The position numbers and the translations under genes are program-made. The notes beneath the pieces are model-generated. The model was not told where the DNA came from and ran no database searches. It worked only from the letters and a program-made list of their open reading frames with translations. This document shows positions 10,102 to 20,252 of a DNA stretch of 64,000 nucleotides, one piece after another; position 1 is the first letter of the stretch; the number at the start of each line of letters is the position of its first letter. The stretch comes from Candidatus Hodarchaeota archaeon (lineage in GTDB: Archaea > Asgardarchaeota > Lokiarchaeia > Sigyniarchaeales > SOKP01), in NCBI GenBank assembly GCA_048887225.1, contig JBHLJY010000006.1:32001-96000 (forward strand). Reading direction: 5' to 3'.

Positions 10102-11058
10102 ATGAAAATTTTGCTATTTGGTCCCGCTGGTGCTGGAAAAACTAGTTTAATGAGAACAACCTGCTTAGGATACAACTTTATGAAAGTAGCAAACATCAAA
10201 CCAACTAAAGGTGTTTCACGTGAAAATTTTATATTTCGCGGCATAATGGAACTAACAGTATGGGACGCTGGTGGTCAAGAACGATATTTAGAAAGATATT
10301 TCTCTGAATCCCAGCGAGAACTTATATTTTCAGAAGTTACAACATCAGTATTTATGGTTGATTCTACAATTGTAGAGCCAAGAGTAAAAGAAGTTTTTGA
10401 TAAATACTTAGAATACATATTTCTTTTTTCTCCTCATATTGATAAGGTTTATGTTTTGTTAAATAAAATTGATTTGCAAAATTCAAGGGAAGACGACATT
10501 TTTAAACTTTTATCTGAAGATTTAGCCGAAGATATACGATATAAGCTTGCTTTTACTCCTGTATCTGTCAAAGAAGGTAGTGCTCAACACAGATTAATTG
10601 AAATTTTAGATTACGAAATTCAAAAGTCAACATTAAGCATGCAAAAACTTGGTAAGATTAGATATATGCTGGATCAATTAAAAATAAGTACCTTATCAGA
10701 GTATCTTCTCTTTAATCAACCAGATGGATTATTAATCTCTTCTACAATAGGCAAATTTGAGAGTAAGCCATTAGAATTTATGAAATTTGAAATGGGTACA
10801 TTAGATTCTAACCTATATCAGATATATCAACGAACCATGGAGATATTAGACATACAAAACGTTAGTCCTCTGGCACTTTCTACAATTGTCTATGAGTCTG
10901 ATCTTTGTTATGTTTTAGTAAAAGAAGTAAGTGACGGCGCTGTTTTAATGGCAATCTCTAAAAATAAAGAACCTGAGGTGTTTTCAGGAATTATAAGTGC
11001 TCTAAACAGCCCAGATTTTGATAATTTAAGGAAATTTATAAGTACTTCAGAATATTAA
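10102..11058 (+). CDS. Rag/Gtr1-like small GTPase with C-terminal roadblock-like domain
   Basis: G1 GPAGAGKTS, G2 PT, G3 WDAGGQ, G4 NKID; C-terminal ~130 aa with a roadblock-like 'DGLLISS' segment. Confidence 0.85.
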   Translation: MKILLFGPAGAGKTSLMRTTCLGYNFMKVANIKPTKGVSRENFIFRGIMELTVWDAGGQERYLERYFSESQRELIFSEVTTSVFMVDSTIVEPRVKEVFDKYLEYIFLFSPHIDKVYVLLNKIDLQNSREDDIFKLLSEDLAEDIRYKLAFTPVSVKEGSAQHRLIEILDYEIQKSTLSMQKLGKIRYMLDQLKISTLSEYLLFNQPDGLLISSTIGKFESKPLEFMKFEMGTLDSNLYQIYQRTMEILDIQNVSPLALSTIVYESDLCYVLVKEVSDGAVLMAISKNKEPEVFSGIISALNSPDFDNLRKFISTSEY

Positions 11059-11145
11059 TCGAAACAAAAGATAATCTGACTTTTTTTAAAGAACAAATTT
11101 AAAAGAAATAAAATAAAAAATAGAAGATTTTTAATTCGCTCTTAT

Positions 11146-11988
11146 TTATTGTTCTTTATCCATTAAGCCAATTTTTGATAATATCTGCTGTTTGGCATGA
11201 TGTGGTCTTCTAATAACTGTATCATTAGATTTTTCTATCTCTCTTGCATTGGCACACATATCAGCTGCAGTTTTCATCATTTCATGTGCTGCTGCTAATA
11301 GGGGCATATAATCAGCTCTTTCCTTTAATTGGAAACATGCTTTACCAGTTAATTTTGAAACAGAAGCAGCTAACTCAAACGCAGCAATAGCTTTGGCTCT
11401 AGCATATGGATTAGAGAATCGGGCAGCTTCAGTTGCATTTACTGAATCCACTATTATTTGGGGTAAGGTTGGTGTTTTGCCTTCTAACATATCGATTATC
11501 ACTTTATTTAGTTCTTCAGCGATTGATTGAAGAGCTCCAGTAATCGCAAGAACTTTTAATAAGTCAGAGTTGAAAACGCTCATTTCAATAGGATCTAAAA
11601 ATGGGCGTCTTGCACCTATCATTGAATCACATCCTACTAAAATATACCCCATATTTTTTTCTTTTATTTCATCAATAGCTTTTTTCGCGGGTGCATCAGA
11701 AATTATAATAGTAGGTATGCTTCCCGCCATCTCCCTGGCTGCCTTTGGTCCTTGTAAGGCAGCGTTAGGACTTGACATAATTATTAATTCGGGTTCCCAT
11801 TTCAATAAATCTTTCATAATTTCTGTACACATTGCTGGCGGATGCATTTTTGCTCCAGAGGTGACTTCATAGACATTAATTCTCGTAGATTCTGCTCTTT
11901 CATCAATTAAAAAAGCGAGTAATAAAGAAGAACCAATTGTTCCGTTTTTAAGGATGCCGATCTTTAGTATTTTACCTTCTTCGCTCAT
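11146..11988 (-). CDS. mtd: F420-dependent methylene-H4MPT dehydrogenase
   Basis: DERA, SGAKM, SPNAALQGP, DSMIGARRPFLDP, NPYARAKA, RRPH. Confidence 0.95.
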   Translation of the reverse strand: MSEEGKILKIGILKNGTIGSSLLLAFLIDERAESTRINVYEVTSGAKMHPPAMCTEIMKDLLKWEPELIIMSSPNAALQGPKAAREMAGSIPTIIISDAPAKKAIDEIKEKNMGYILVGCDSMIGARRPFLDPIEMSVFNSDLLKVLAITGALQSIAEELNKVIIDMLEGKTPTLPQIIVDSVNATEAARFSNPYARAKAIAAFELAASVSKLTGKACFQLKERADYMPLLAAAHEMMKTAADMCANAREIEKSNDTVIRRPHHAKQQILSKIGLMDKEQ

Positions 11989-12138
11989 TTTTTACAACTT
12001 CTTTTATAATTTCAAATTTAAATTAAGTTTTACAATTTTCCAATGTTTTTAATGTTTTTTTGAAATTTTATATAAAACAGAAATCTATTAATTAATACGA
12101 AATATTAAAAAAATTATTATAAAAATAGGAGTTAAAAT

Positions 12139-13053
12139 ATGGAATTAAATGGAGTCGAAATTGAAGATACTTACTGCGAGGCCTTCGGCTCATTTTTTGC
12201 AAGAATTTTAGTAACTGCTAAAAACGAAAAATGGGTAAAAATTGCAGCTCAGGAGGCAACTGGTTATGGAACATCTACAATACATTGCGACGCTGAAGCA
12301 GGCATAGACATATTTATTCCACAGGATAAAACACCAGATAAACGACCTGGAGTGGCTTTGATGTTTTTTGTTTCGGATAAAACCAAGATAGGTAATATAG
12401 TTATGAATAGAATGGGACAAACTGTGTTGACATGCCCCACAACGGCTTGTTTCGACGCATTAGAGATTTCTTTAGACCCAGAAAAGGAGTTTAAAATAAA
12501 GATCGGAGCTAATCTAAGATATTTTGGTGATGGCTTTGAAGAGAAAATAGAAGGCATATATCCTTTTGAAGTATGGAAGATCCCAGTAATGGATGGCGAT
12601 TTTATAGTTCAAAGTATGGCGAAGGTTGGCAAAGGTGTAGCTGGAGGGAATTTTTTAATAATTGGTAAAAACCAAGATTCCGCTTTAGAGGCAGCTGAAA
12701 AATCAATTGAAGCAATCAAAGACATTGAAAATGTTATAGCGTGTTTTCCTGGTGGAATCGTCAGGTCTGGTTCGAAAGTTGGATCAAAATATAGCTTTCT
12801 AGGAGCATCTACAAATGACTCTTATTGCCCTACGTTAAAGGCTAAACTCGATAATTCACAGCTTAAAGAAGGAGACGAATGTGTATATGAAATTATTTTA
12901 GATGGCGCAACTGAAGATGCGGTTAAAAATGCTATGAAATTGGGAATTGAAGCTGCTGTAAAAGTTTCAGGAGTAAATAAAATATCTGCTGGAAATTATG
13001 GAGGGAAACTAGGCAAATTCCAATATAGACTTTATGAACTTGGCTTAGATTAA
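12139..13053 (+). CDS. ftr: Formylmethanofuran-H4MPT formyltransferase
   Basis: IEDTYCEAF, CDAEAG, TPDKRPG, QTVLTCPTT, RSGSKVGS, SAGNYGGKLG. Confidence 0.96.
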   Translation: MELNGVEIEDTYCEAFGSFFARILVTAKNEKWVKIAAQEATGYGTSTIHCDAEAGIDIFIPQDKTPDKRPGVALMFFVSDKTKIGNIVMNRMGQTVLTCPTTACFDALEISLDPEKEFKIKIGANLRYFGDGFEEKIEGIYPFEVWKIPVMDGDFIVQSMAKVGKGVAGGNFLIIGKNQDSALEAAEKSIEAIKDIENVIACFPGGIVRSGSKVGSKYSFLGASTNDSYCPTLKAKLDNSQLKEGDECVYEIILDGATEDAVKNAMKLGIEAAVKVSGVNKISAGNYGGKLGKFQYRLYELGLD

Positions 13054-13090
13054 AAATAAATATGATATTAAAAATTTTCTAATTTTCTTT

Positions 13091-14794
13091 TTATTTTAAT
13101 TTTCTTTTTATTTTTCGAGGTGGCTTTGGTTCTTTTTTCTCGGGTTTTTCTTCCTCAATCAATTTTTTTGCTGCTTCTCGTTTAACAGGAGTGAGTCTAG
13201 ATATTTTCTCCTTTTTTGGCTTTTTCTCTATAACTTCGATTTCTTTCTCAGGTTTTAATTTTTTTGATTTCATCATATAATAACTTATAGCAGTACCAAA
13301 TAAAACACCACTAATTAATCCAAGGACTAACATAATCCAAGATAACATTTCGCCTAAGGTATCAGGAATAATTGTTATTTTTTGAGGCGCAGTATCGAAA
13401 TCATCATCCAAACCTACAGTTGCGCCATCCGTATCAGTCACATAAACGTAAATATCCCAGGTTCCTATAATTAATTCAGCCGTTCTAACAGTAATTTCAA
13501 GATCTTCTTCATATTCTCTCGTAATTTCGTATTCATCGTCATCTTCGTTGATAAGTAAAAGAGTGATATATTGTACTCCTTCGACATCAAAAGCATCAAA
13601 CTCGAATACTAAATCCTCTCCATACAATACAGATATGCTCTCATCCGTATCATAATTATTAATTTCATAACCATCTATATCGGGAAGATTATTTTTAACG
13701 CTCAATGTTCCCGAATACTGCTCAATTTCTTCATTTTTATAGAAAGTTTTGATAACATAAGTATATGTTCCTTTTGGACTTGTAGCAACAACAGAAAAAC
13801 TAGTAGAAAATGTATCGTCCGCTTTACGCATTAAATTTATATTATTCACGATTATACTATTGGTATCTTTTAGAATAAAAGTTACATTAATTAATCCAAT
13901 AGATAAACCATTTTCCTGTGCACTCACATTTAAATTAAGAGTACAACTTTGAGTTCTAAATATAGAAGTCGGATTAAATGTAATTGATGATTGTTTTAAT
14001 ATAGATTCAGGTAAAAGAACTTTAAACTGAAAATATGCGGCAGCTATCCTTTGGTAGGTGTTTATATCAGTCATATTCACTTTTATGTAATATTTTTTGT
14101 TTGTTTGTTCGAAAGTCTCATTGATTTCTAATTCAATATGAAGTAAATCGTTTCCCACATTAAAAACATTTTTTTGGTTGCTTTCGTTTACACTATCGAC
14201 AATGGTAACGTTCCATTTAAAATTATATGGATCAAAATCATATACGATTAATGAAGTACTTAACGTTTCTCCCCTGCGGTATTCAGATTTTTCTGGATCT
14301 AAACCAACCATACAATTTGATTTGACAGTAAAATTTGATACTGTTGTTTGAGTATTTAATTCAACACCAGTTTTGTTATAAACTATAAATCTCGCTTCAT
14401 GAAGTCCTAATGGAGCATTATAAGCTGGAGTATATGTAAAAGTAAAATTCTTATTGGTTCCTGGAACATAGGTCATATCATAAATTCCAACGGTATTATT
14501 CCGAAAAGAAATACGTATTCTCGTATAATTAACATACTGAAAATCAGAAGCATTAATCGTGAAATTAATAGAGTGAAAACCGCGGTATATTATTGAAGCA
14601 TTTTTATAGATAGATGAATAATTCAGAGATTGTGAAGTTTTTGGTTGAAGATCTATTTCCATGTATTCTTTTTCCTTAAAAAATTTGTTATTCTTATTTA
14701 TTTGGTTATTTATAGAAAATATTCCAACATTAAGAAATAGAGATAATAACAGAAAAAAGATTAAAATTGTACAAATTGCATTTTTTCTTTTCAA
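13091..14794 (-). CDS. Membrane-anchored surface glycoprotein (beta-rich, Ig-like), Lys/Glu-rich cytoplasmic tail
   Basis: N-terminal hydrophobic signal/TM, many N-x-S/T sequons, C-terminal TM, basic tail. Confidence 0.7.
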   Translation of the reverse strand: MKRKNAICTILIFFLLLSLFLNVGIFSINNQINKNNKFFKEKEYMEIDLQPKTSQSLNYSSIYKNASIIYRGFHSINFTINASDFQYVNYTRIRISFRNNTVGIYDMTYVPGTNKNFTFTYTPAYNAPLGLHEARFIVYNKTGVELNTQTTVSNFTVKSNCMVGLDPEKSEYRRGETLSTSLIVYDFDPYNFKWNVTIVDSVNESNQKNVFNVGNDLLHIELEINETFEQTNKKYYIKVNMTDINTYQRIAAAYFQFKVLLPESILKQSSITFNPTSIFRTQSCTLNLNVSAQENGLSIGLINVTFILKDTNSIIVNNINLMRKADDTFSTSFSVVATSPKGTYTYVIKTFYKNEEIEQYSGTLSVKNNLPDIDGYEINNYDTDESISVLYGEDLVFEFDAFDVEGVQYITLLLINEDDDEYEITREYEEDLEITVRTAELIIGTWDIYVYVTDTDGATVGLDDDFDTAPQKITIIPDTLGEMLSWIMLVLGLISGVLFGTAISYYMMKSKKLKPEKEIEVIEKKPKKEKISRLTPVKREAAKKLIEEEKPEKKEPKPPRKIKRKLK

Positions 14795-14804
14795 TATTAT
14801 CTCC

Positions 14805-17618
14805 TCATCTTCGCAAAAGTTTATGTTTTATTTCTTTATTTTTATAATATAAAATAATTCCTAGTGGTATTATAATTGGAATCATATAAAAACAGATTAA
14901 ATTGATTGCTGACAATTCTATCTCGTATTCGAAATAATCTTTAAAAACGACTTCTTCAGAACTATCTTCAATTTCAATTTTGTAAGTTTTAATCCCAAAT
15001 TCATAAGGATTCCATGTCGGGAGAACTCCTTGTTCAATTCTGTTTTCTCCAGGAATTAACTCATTTATTTCTGTGTCTACCTTATCTCCGTTTATTAATA
15101 AAGAAAATTCCTCTGTTGACTCTTGATTGTTTTGAATAATTATTATAAAATAAGCATAAGTTCCTTGTGTGACTTTTTCAGGAAATTCAATACTGATTAC
15201 CTCTAAACTCGGAACGATTTCTACTGTTAATATTTCAGTGTAAAATGTCGTTTTTCCTTTTGAAATACTCATTTCTATTTCAATTGAACTAATTAAAATA
15301 ACAGAGGTAGTATAGACAAGGTATAATACGGTTCTTCTTTCATTTTCGTCCAATACAATTGATATATTAATGTCATGAATATATGTACCTGAAAAAATTA
15401 AATTCAAAGATTGTGTCTCATTCGGTAGGGCATTAATTAAATCTAAAAAAATCTTAACGCTATTTCCAGGCACTACTTTTTTACTATAAATCAAATTTGA
15501 ATACGTTAGTGCGTTTCTAATTTCTATGTCAATTTCTTTCTTTAAATAGAGTACTGTACCATTTATAAAAGTAAAAGTTATGTTCATCTTCCCAGGAGTC
15601 GCGTCATTTTTAACAGTAATATTAAACGCTATGGATGTTTGATTGTTATTTATAAATGTTATATTTTCACTTGTTACAGTAAATATCCCGTCTCCAAACA
15701 TTGTAACATTTAAAGTAAGATTGTAATTATAATTGCTATCGATTAGAATTGAAACATTAGTTTTTTCACCTTGGTATAACCATTCTCTTAATCCTGATAT
15801 TGAGATATAAGTTAAACCAGAAATGACGTTGAACGTTTTAGTTATAAATGCAAAACCAAAATAAGTCCAATTTGCATAGATATCTATTATATAACCATTA
15901 TCAAAAGGTAAGTTATCAGTTATTGGAAATTGTAAAGTTGTAGAGTTAGTGCTAAATGTACGTTTCGTGATATTGAAAATCGTATTATTAGGGTATCTGA
16001 AAATGTAGGTTATAGACGCTCCCGTAATGTTATCGTATCTTATGGTTTTGGTATCACTGGGGTTGAAAACGGTTATGTCTTTTTCAAAAGCATATACGGA
16101 TGTTAGATTTAATATATCTTGATTCATAATGCCCCCTCCTGCCGTAATGAGCGATGTTTCTAAAATCGTACTGTTATAACTTTCAAAAGCTTTTAAATAA
16201 GCTTCACATAATCTCAGATTAGAGTGTAAGTTTATATTTGTATTATCTACTGCTCCATGAGATGTTTTATGAGCGTCTATAGTAGCATTATAAAAATATT
16301 TTCTTAAGGATTCGAATAGTGTTATAGTTTTATTATAATAAGTAAAATTTCCAGAAACTTCGAATAGCCTTAAACAAGCTAGCATCATTAATGCATTTGC
16401 TTCAAGGTCGATTTTATTACTATTCGGCCTTCCAGACAAAGGATTCCAATTCTCTGCGTTATAAGTTTCATAAGCTTTATAAGTAGTATTCCATAGACCA
16501 CCATTACCACCACCAACAGTACTATCACGATTTATTCTATTGAAAAGTGCTGTGGCGTTTTTGTAATATAAAGAATTTGGATCCATTCCATTCATGATCC
16601 AGTATTCTAATAGCGCTAATATTCCTAACGCGTTTACAGATAAATACTTATAATTTCTAGGATCTGGGAAAGAAAAGGGACTCCAACTATAATTTGATTT
16701 ATAGTAAAAACCTTTACTAGTATTATCCCATGCTTTATTAACAAGTTTTTCCATCGTAATTTTTGCCAGATTATATGCGTCACCACTTACTTCCTGATTG
16801 CCTAATGCACTTTGATATCTATAGATCATAAAATTAGCTAATACAGCATATAAATTGCTTTTTATATCTTTATCTCCAGTTATAGATGAATTTGTCTCAT
16901 AAAAACCTTTATATGTGCTATCCCAAAATTCAGATGAATTGATAAGTCTGAACATTTGAATGATAGAATCTCTAGGAGTTTCACCATCAATACTAATACT
17001 GCCTATTTCATTTCCAATGTTTTCGAGCAAAAGGAAAATTGGCATTAAATTGTCGATTAAATGTCTCTCAACATCTATTATTTCTCCTGTAGTTCCGTTA
17101 ATCGATTTTATAAATCCATATTGACTAATGTTGTAATAATACCACAATGGCGTTGATTTTAAATATAAATATGCCTGAAAAGTATCACTTTCGTCATAAT
17201 CTTCCTTAACTAATGATTTGTACAAGAGTAAATTATCCAATGAATAAGTGGTGTTATCAATAACTATTCCTGTATTATCTGATTCACTTACATAGAGAGA
17301 TATATCATATGTTAGAGGAGATTTAAAATTGCTTTGAAAAAATGACCACATTTTACTAAAATTTATAGTATAAGGATCTTGAAGAAGACTGATGGCACCC
17401 TGAGATAATTTGAGACAATCTAAATTCTTTTCTAATTTTTCTTCTTTTAAGGAATTTCCTTCATTATTAAAATAATTACTTTGATAATTATTATTTTTAG
17501 TTGATAAAAAATTCAGTAAGAAGACTAATATAACGAATAGACATATTATTTTTTTAAAAACTTTCTTTTTTTCTTTTCTTCTGGCTCTTATTCCAGTTTT
17601 AAAAATAATACAACTCAT
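14805..17618 (-). CDS. Large secreted membrane-anchored protein: putative (alpha/alpha)6 glycosidase-like (GH76/AGE-like) domain plus Ig-like domains
   Basis: Signal peptide; repeated W-D/N-x-x-x-x-G/A-F/Y helical-barrel motifs (FWDSTYKGFY, AWDNTSKGFY, LWNTTYKAY); beta-rich C-terminal half; C-terminal TM. Confidence 0.6.
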   Translation of the reverse strand: MSCIIFKTGIRARRKEKKKVFKKIICLFVILVFLLNFLSTKNNNYQSNYFNNEGNSLKEEKLEKNLDCLKLSQGAISLLQDPYTINFSKMWSFFQSNFKSPLTYDISLYVSESDNTGIVIDNTTYSLDNLLLYKSLVKEDYDESDTFQAYLYLKSTPLWYYYNISQYGFIKSINGTTGEIIDVERHLIDNLMPIFLLLENIGNEIGSISIDGETPRDSIIQMFRLINSSEFWDSTYKGFYETNSSITGDKDIKSNLYAVLANFMIYRYQSALGNQEVSGDAYNLAKITMEKLVNKAWDNTSKGFYYKSNYSWSPFSFPDPRNYKYLSVNALGILALLEYWIMNGMDPNSLYYKNATALFNRINRDSTVGGGNGGLWNTTYKAYETYNAENWNPLSGRPNSNKIDLEANALMMLACLRLFEVSGNFTYYNKTITLFESLRKYFYNATIDAHKTSHGAVDNTNINLHSNLRLCEAYLKAFESYNSTILETSLITAGGGIMNQDILNLTSVYAFEKDITVFNPSDTKTIRYDNITGASITYIFRYPNNTIFNITKRTFSTNSTTLQFPITDNLPFDNGYIIDIYANWTYFGFAFITKTFNVISGLTYISISGLREWLYQGEKTNVSILIDSNYNYNLTLNVTMFGDGIFTVTSENITFINNNQTSIAFNITVKNDATPGKMNITFTFINGTVLYLKKEIDIEIRNALTYSNLIYSKKVVPGNSVKIFLDLINALPNETQSLNLIFSGTYIHDINISIVLDENERRTVLYLVYTTSVILISSIEIEMSISKGKTTFYTEILTVEIVPSLEVISIEFPEKVTQGTYAYFIIIIQNNQESTEEFSLLINGDKVDTEINELIPGENRIEQGVLPTWNPYEFGIKTYKIEIEDSSEEVVFKDYFEYEIELSAINLICFYMIPIIIPLGIILYYKNKEIKHKLLRR

Positions 17619-17661
17619 TAAAACTTCTTTTTTTATCTAATAAATTAATTTCTAACCAAAG

Positions 17662-19176
17662 TTATATTTTTAAAAAATTATTTCCATTAAAAGATTTTTT
17701 TTTAATCGTTTCACTGATATCTGGAATGTTTATTCGAATTTGTTCCATAGTGTCTCTATCTCTAAGGGTTACAGTGTTGTCTTCCATCGAATCATAGTCT
17801 ATAGTAATACAAAATGGAGTACCTAACTCATCTTGCCTTCGGTACCTTTTACCAATTGATCCTGACTCATCGTAAAATGAACTAATACGGTTTTCTAGTA
17901 AATCTTTATGGATTTTCATCGCTAAATTTCTTATGTTCTCTTTATTCCTTACAAGAGGAAATACGGCAACTGTATTTGGAGCTAAGATTGGAGGTAATTT
18001 CAAATTGATTCTGCCATCTTCCACATTGAAAGCGGCCTCAAGTAATGTATATATAATTCTATCAGGTCCAAAAGCAACCTCAAGAATTTGTGGTATTTCT
18101 TTGAGTTTTGGGTCAGGACTCATACTTATTTCAAAGTTTTGTTTAGAAAATTCTCCATGTTGCCTTAGATCATAATCTGTTCTGTCATGTATTCCACATA
18201 TCTCAACCCAGTCAAACTGCTGAGTTTTAATTTCTAAATCCCACGCATCATCAGCATAATGGGACCTTTCATATGGAGAATGCTGTCTAATCCTAATAAT
18301 TTCATTAGGGTACCCTAAAATTTTTGTTAAATAATATCCTAAATAGAGACAATAAGCATAAGCAGGTTTTTTAATAATTTTAGTATTTATCGCTTCTTCG
18401 AGAGAGATTAGATTTGGTTTATATACATTTTCAATTTGAAGTTTCCAATCCAATAAAGGTAATTTATTTATTTTAACCTCTCCGTATTCATCGAAATTCA
18501 TCTCTTGCTCTTTGCCTATGAATAATTGTATTTCAAGTTGATCAAATGCCCTCATTCGGAGGATCTGTTGCCTTGGAGAGATCTCATTTCTATAAGCTTT
18601 TCCATATTGAAAAATTTTAATTGGATATTGCTTTCTTGCATCTTGATTTAGTCTATTAAATAAAAGATAAGTTGTTGTAGCGGTTTCAGGACGTAAATAA
18701 GCAATTTTATTATGTCCTACTTGGGTTTTTAACATTAAATTATATTTTTCGATTTTTTTAAAGGGTGTATCACATTTAGGACATGAGAGATCATTTTTTT
18801 TTATTAATTCTTCCATTTGTTCAAATGATAAGCCGTCTATTGTAAGATCTGGTAAATTTTCATAAATAAATTTATCCGCTCTTACTAATTTACTGCATTT
18901 CTCACATCTTAGCACCGGATCTATAAATCTATCTAAATGACCCGAGGCTTTCCATACAATTTCAGGCATAATCGTAGGACACTCTATTTCTCCAAATCCA
19001 AAAGCTCTTAATTCCTTTCTAAAAAGAGAAAGAATATTATTCTTAAGAGCCATCCCCGCAGGACCGTAACTCCAAAAACCTGCAAAACCACCATAAATTT
19101 CTGGTGAAGGTCCCCAAATGAATCCGCGTCGACGAATTAATGAATTGAATGTCTCTATATTATCTACTATTTTCAT
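17662..19176 (-). CDS. glyS: Glycine--tRNA ligase (archaeal/eukaryotic alpha2 type)
   Basis: IYGGFAG, LRPETA, RNEISPRQ, HYADDAWDLE, anticodon domain SIGKRYRRQDELGTPFC. Confidence 0.95.
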   Translation of the reverse strand: MKIVDNIETFNSLIRRRGFIWGPSPEIYGGFAGFWSYGPAGMALKNNILSLFRKELRAFGFGEIECPTIMPEIVWKASGHLDRFIDPVLRCEKCSKLVRADKFIYENLPDLTIDGLSFEQMEELIKKNDLSCPKCDTPFKKIEKYNLMLKTQVGHNKIAYLRPETATTTYLLFNRLNQDARKQYPIKIFQYGKAYRNEISPRQQILRMRAFDQLEIQLFIGKEQEMNFDEYGEVKINKLPLLDWKLQIENVYKPNLISLEEAINTKIIKKPAYAYCLYLGYYLTKILGYPNEIIRIRQHSPYERSHYADDAWDLEIKTQQFDWVEICGIHDRTDYDLRQHGEFSKQNFEISMSPDPKLKEIPQILEVAFGPDRIIYTLLEAAFNVEDGRINLKLPPILAPNTVAVFPLVRNKENIRNLAMKIHKDLLENRISSFYDESGSIGKRYRRQDELGTPFCITIDYDSMEDNTVTLRDRDTMEQIRINIPDISETIKKKSFNGNNFLKI

Positions 19177-19318
19177 TTTTTGTGCATTTTTATTGTGATT
19201 GTTTTAAAGAATTAATCATAATTTTTGTAATTTTAGAATTAGAAAAAATATAAATTTTAATATAATAAAAAGATAAAAATAATATTAAAAGAAAATTAAA
19301 TTAAAAAATTGATTAATC

Positions 19319-20137
19319 ATGATTCTTGAAAATTTTAGATACTATGATTTTTATGATGCCATTGAAATGGGCTTATATTTCGTTATAGTTGGCTATTATT
19401 TTCTTCTTTTTGCGTTTTTCTTAACAATGAGATTTAGAACTTCTAAAAAATTATATTGGTTATTCTTCTCGATTTTATTTCTATGTTTAGCTACCGCAAG
19501 AGTGTTTTTTATTGCTTATTATTTCTTTATTCCAGAAATGAGTGTATCAAAAGTAGAATTAATACAGTATTTAATGCTAACTTATCGTTTAGCAACTCTT
19601 TTTTCATGGCTTGCAATAGCCTGTTTTATGGGAGTATTAGGAATACTTTTATTTCCGCCTGAAGCAGTTGAGGAAACAGAGAGCTCTGGGAAAAAAAGTT
19701 TTCTTAGTCCAAATCTAAAAATCGCAATAAGACTATTATTTATTGCTATTCCGGTTTTTGTGGGAGTTCTAGCATTCATAATGCCTGACAGTTTATTAAT
19801 GGATCCTGATATTGCTGAGGAATATAATTTAGATATCCGTATCCAGAAAATTTGGGGATATCCTATTGGGAGATTTATATTACTAGTATTAGTGGTTATA
19901 TTCATATTTATAATTCCATTCTTATTCCTTTATTTAGCTATAAAAACTTATGGAGTTCTACGGAAATCCTATTTATTAAATGCTATTGGTATATTGCTTT
20001 ATTATATTGGTAGAATACTACAAGGTGCATTTGAAATATTAGAATGGCCTCATTTTGAAGCAACTGTCCCTCCCTTAATAATTCTATGTGCTCTTTTAAT
20101 AATCGTAATTGCGAATAATTACGAGCAATTGAGGTAA
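19319..20137 (+). CDS. Integral membrane protein with about 7 TM helices
   Basis: Seven hydrophobic segments counted by eye. Confidence 0.75.
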   Translation: MILENFRYYDFYDAIEMGLYFVIVGYYFLLFAFFLTMRFRTSKKLYWLFFSILFLCLATARVFFIAYYFFIPEMSVSKVELIQYLMLTYRLATLFSWLAIACFMGVLGILLFPPEAVEETESSGKKSFLSPNLKIAIRLLFIAIPVFVGVLAFIMPDSLLMDPDIAEEYNLDIRIQKIWGYPIGRFILLVLVVIFIFIIPFLFLYLAIKTYGVLRKSYLLNAIGILLYYIGRILQGAFEILEWPHFEATVPPLIILCALLIIVIANNYEQLR

Positions 20138-20252
20138 AAAACGAAAATATTCCACCAATTTTTTTTTGATGAAAATGGAATAATTATTTATAAGTAAGCG
20201 AGGTTGTTTAAAAATTTCGATTCATGGAAATCAATTCCTGCTTCCATTTCTG

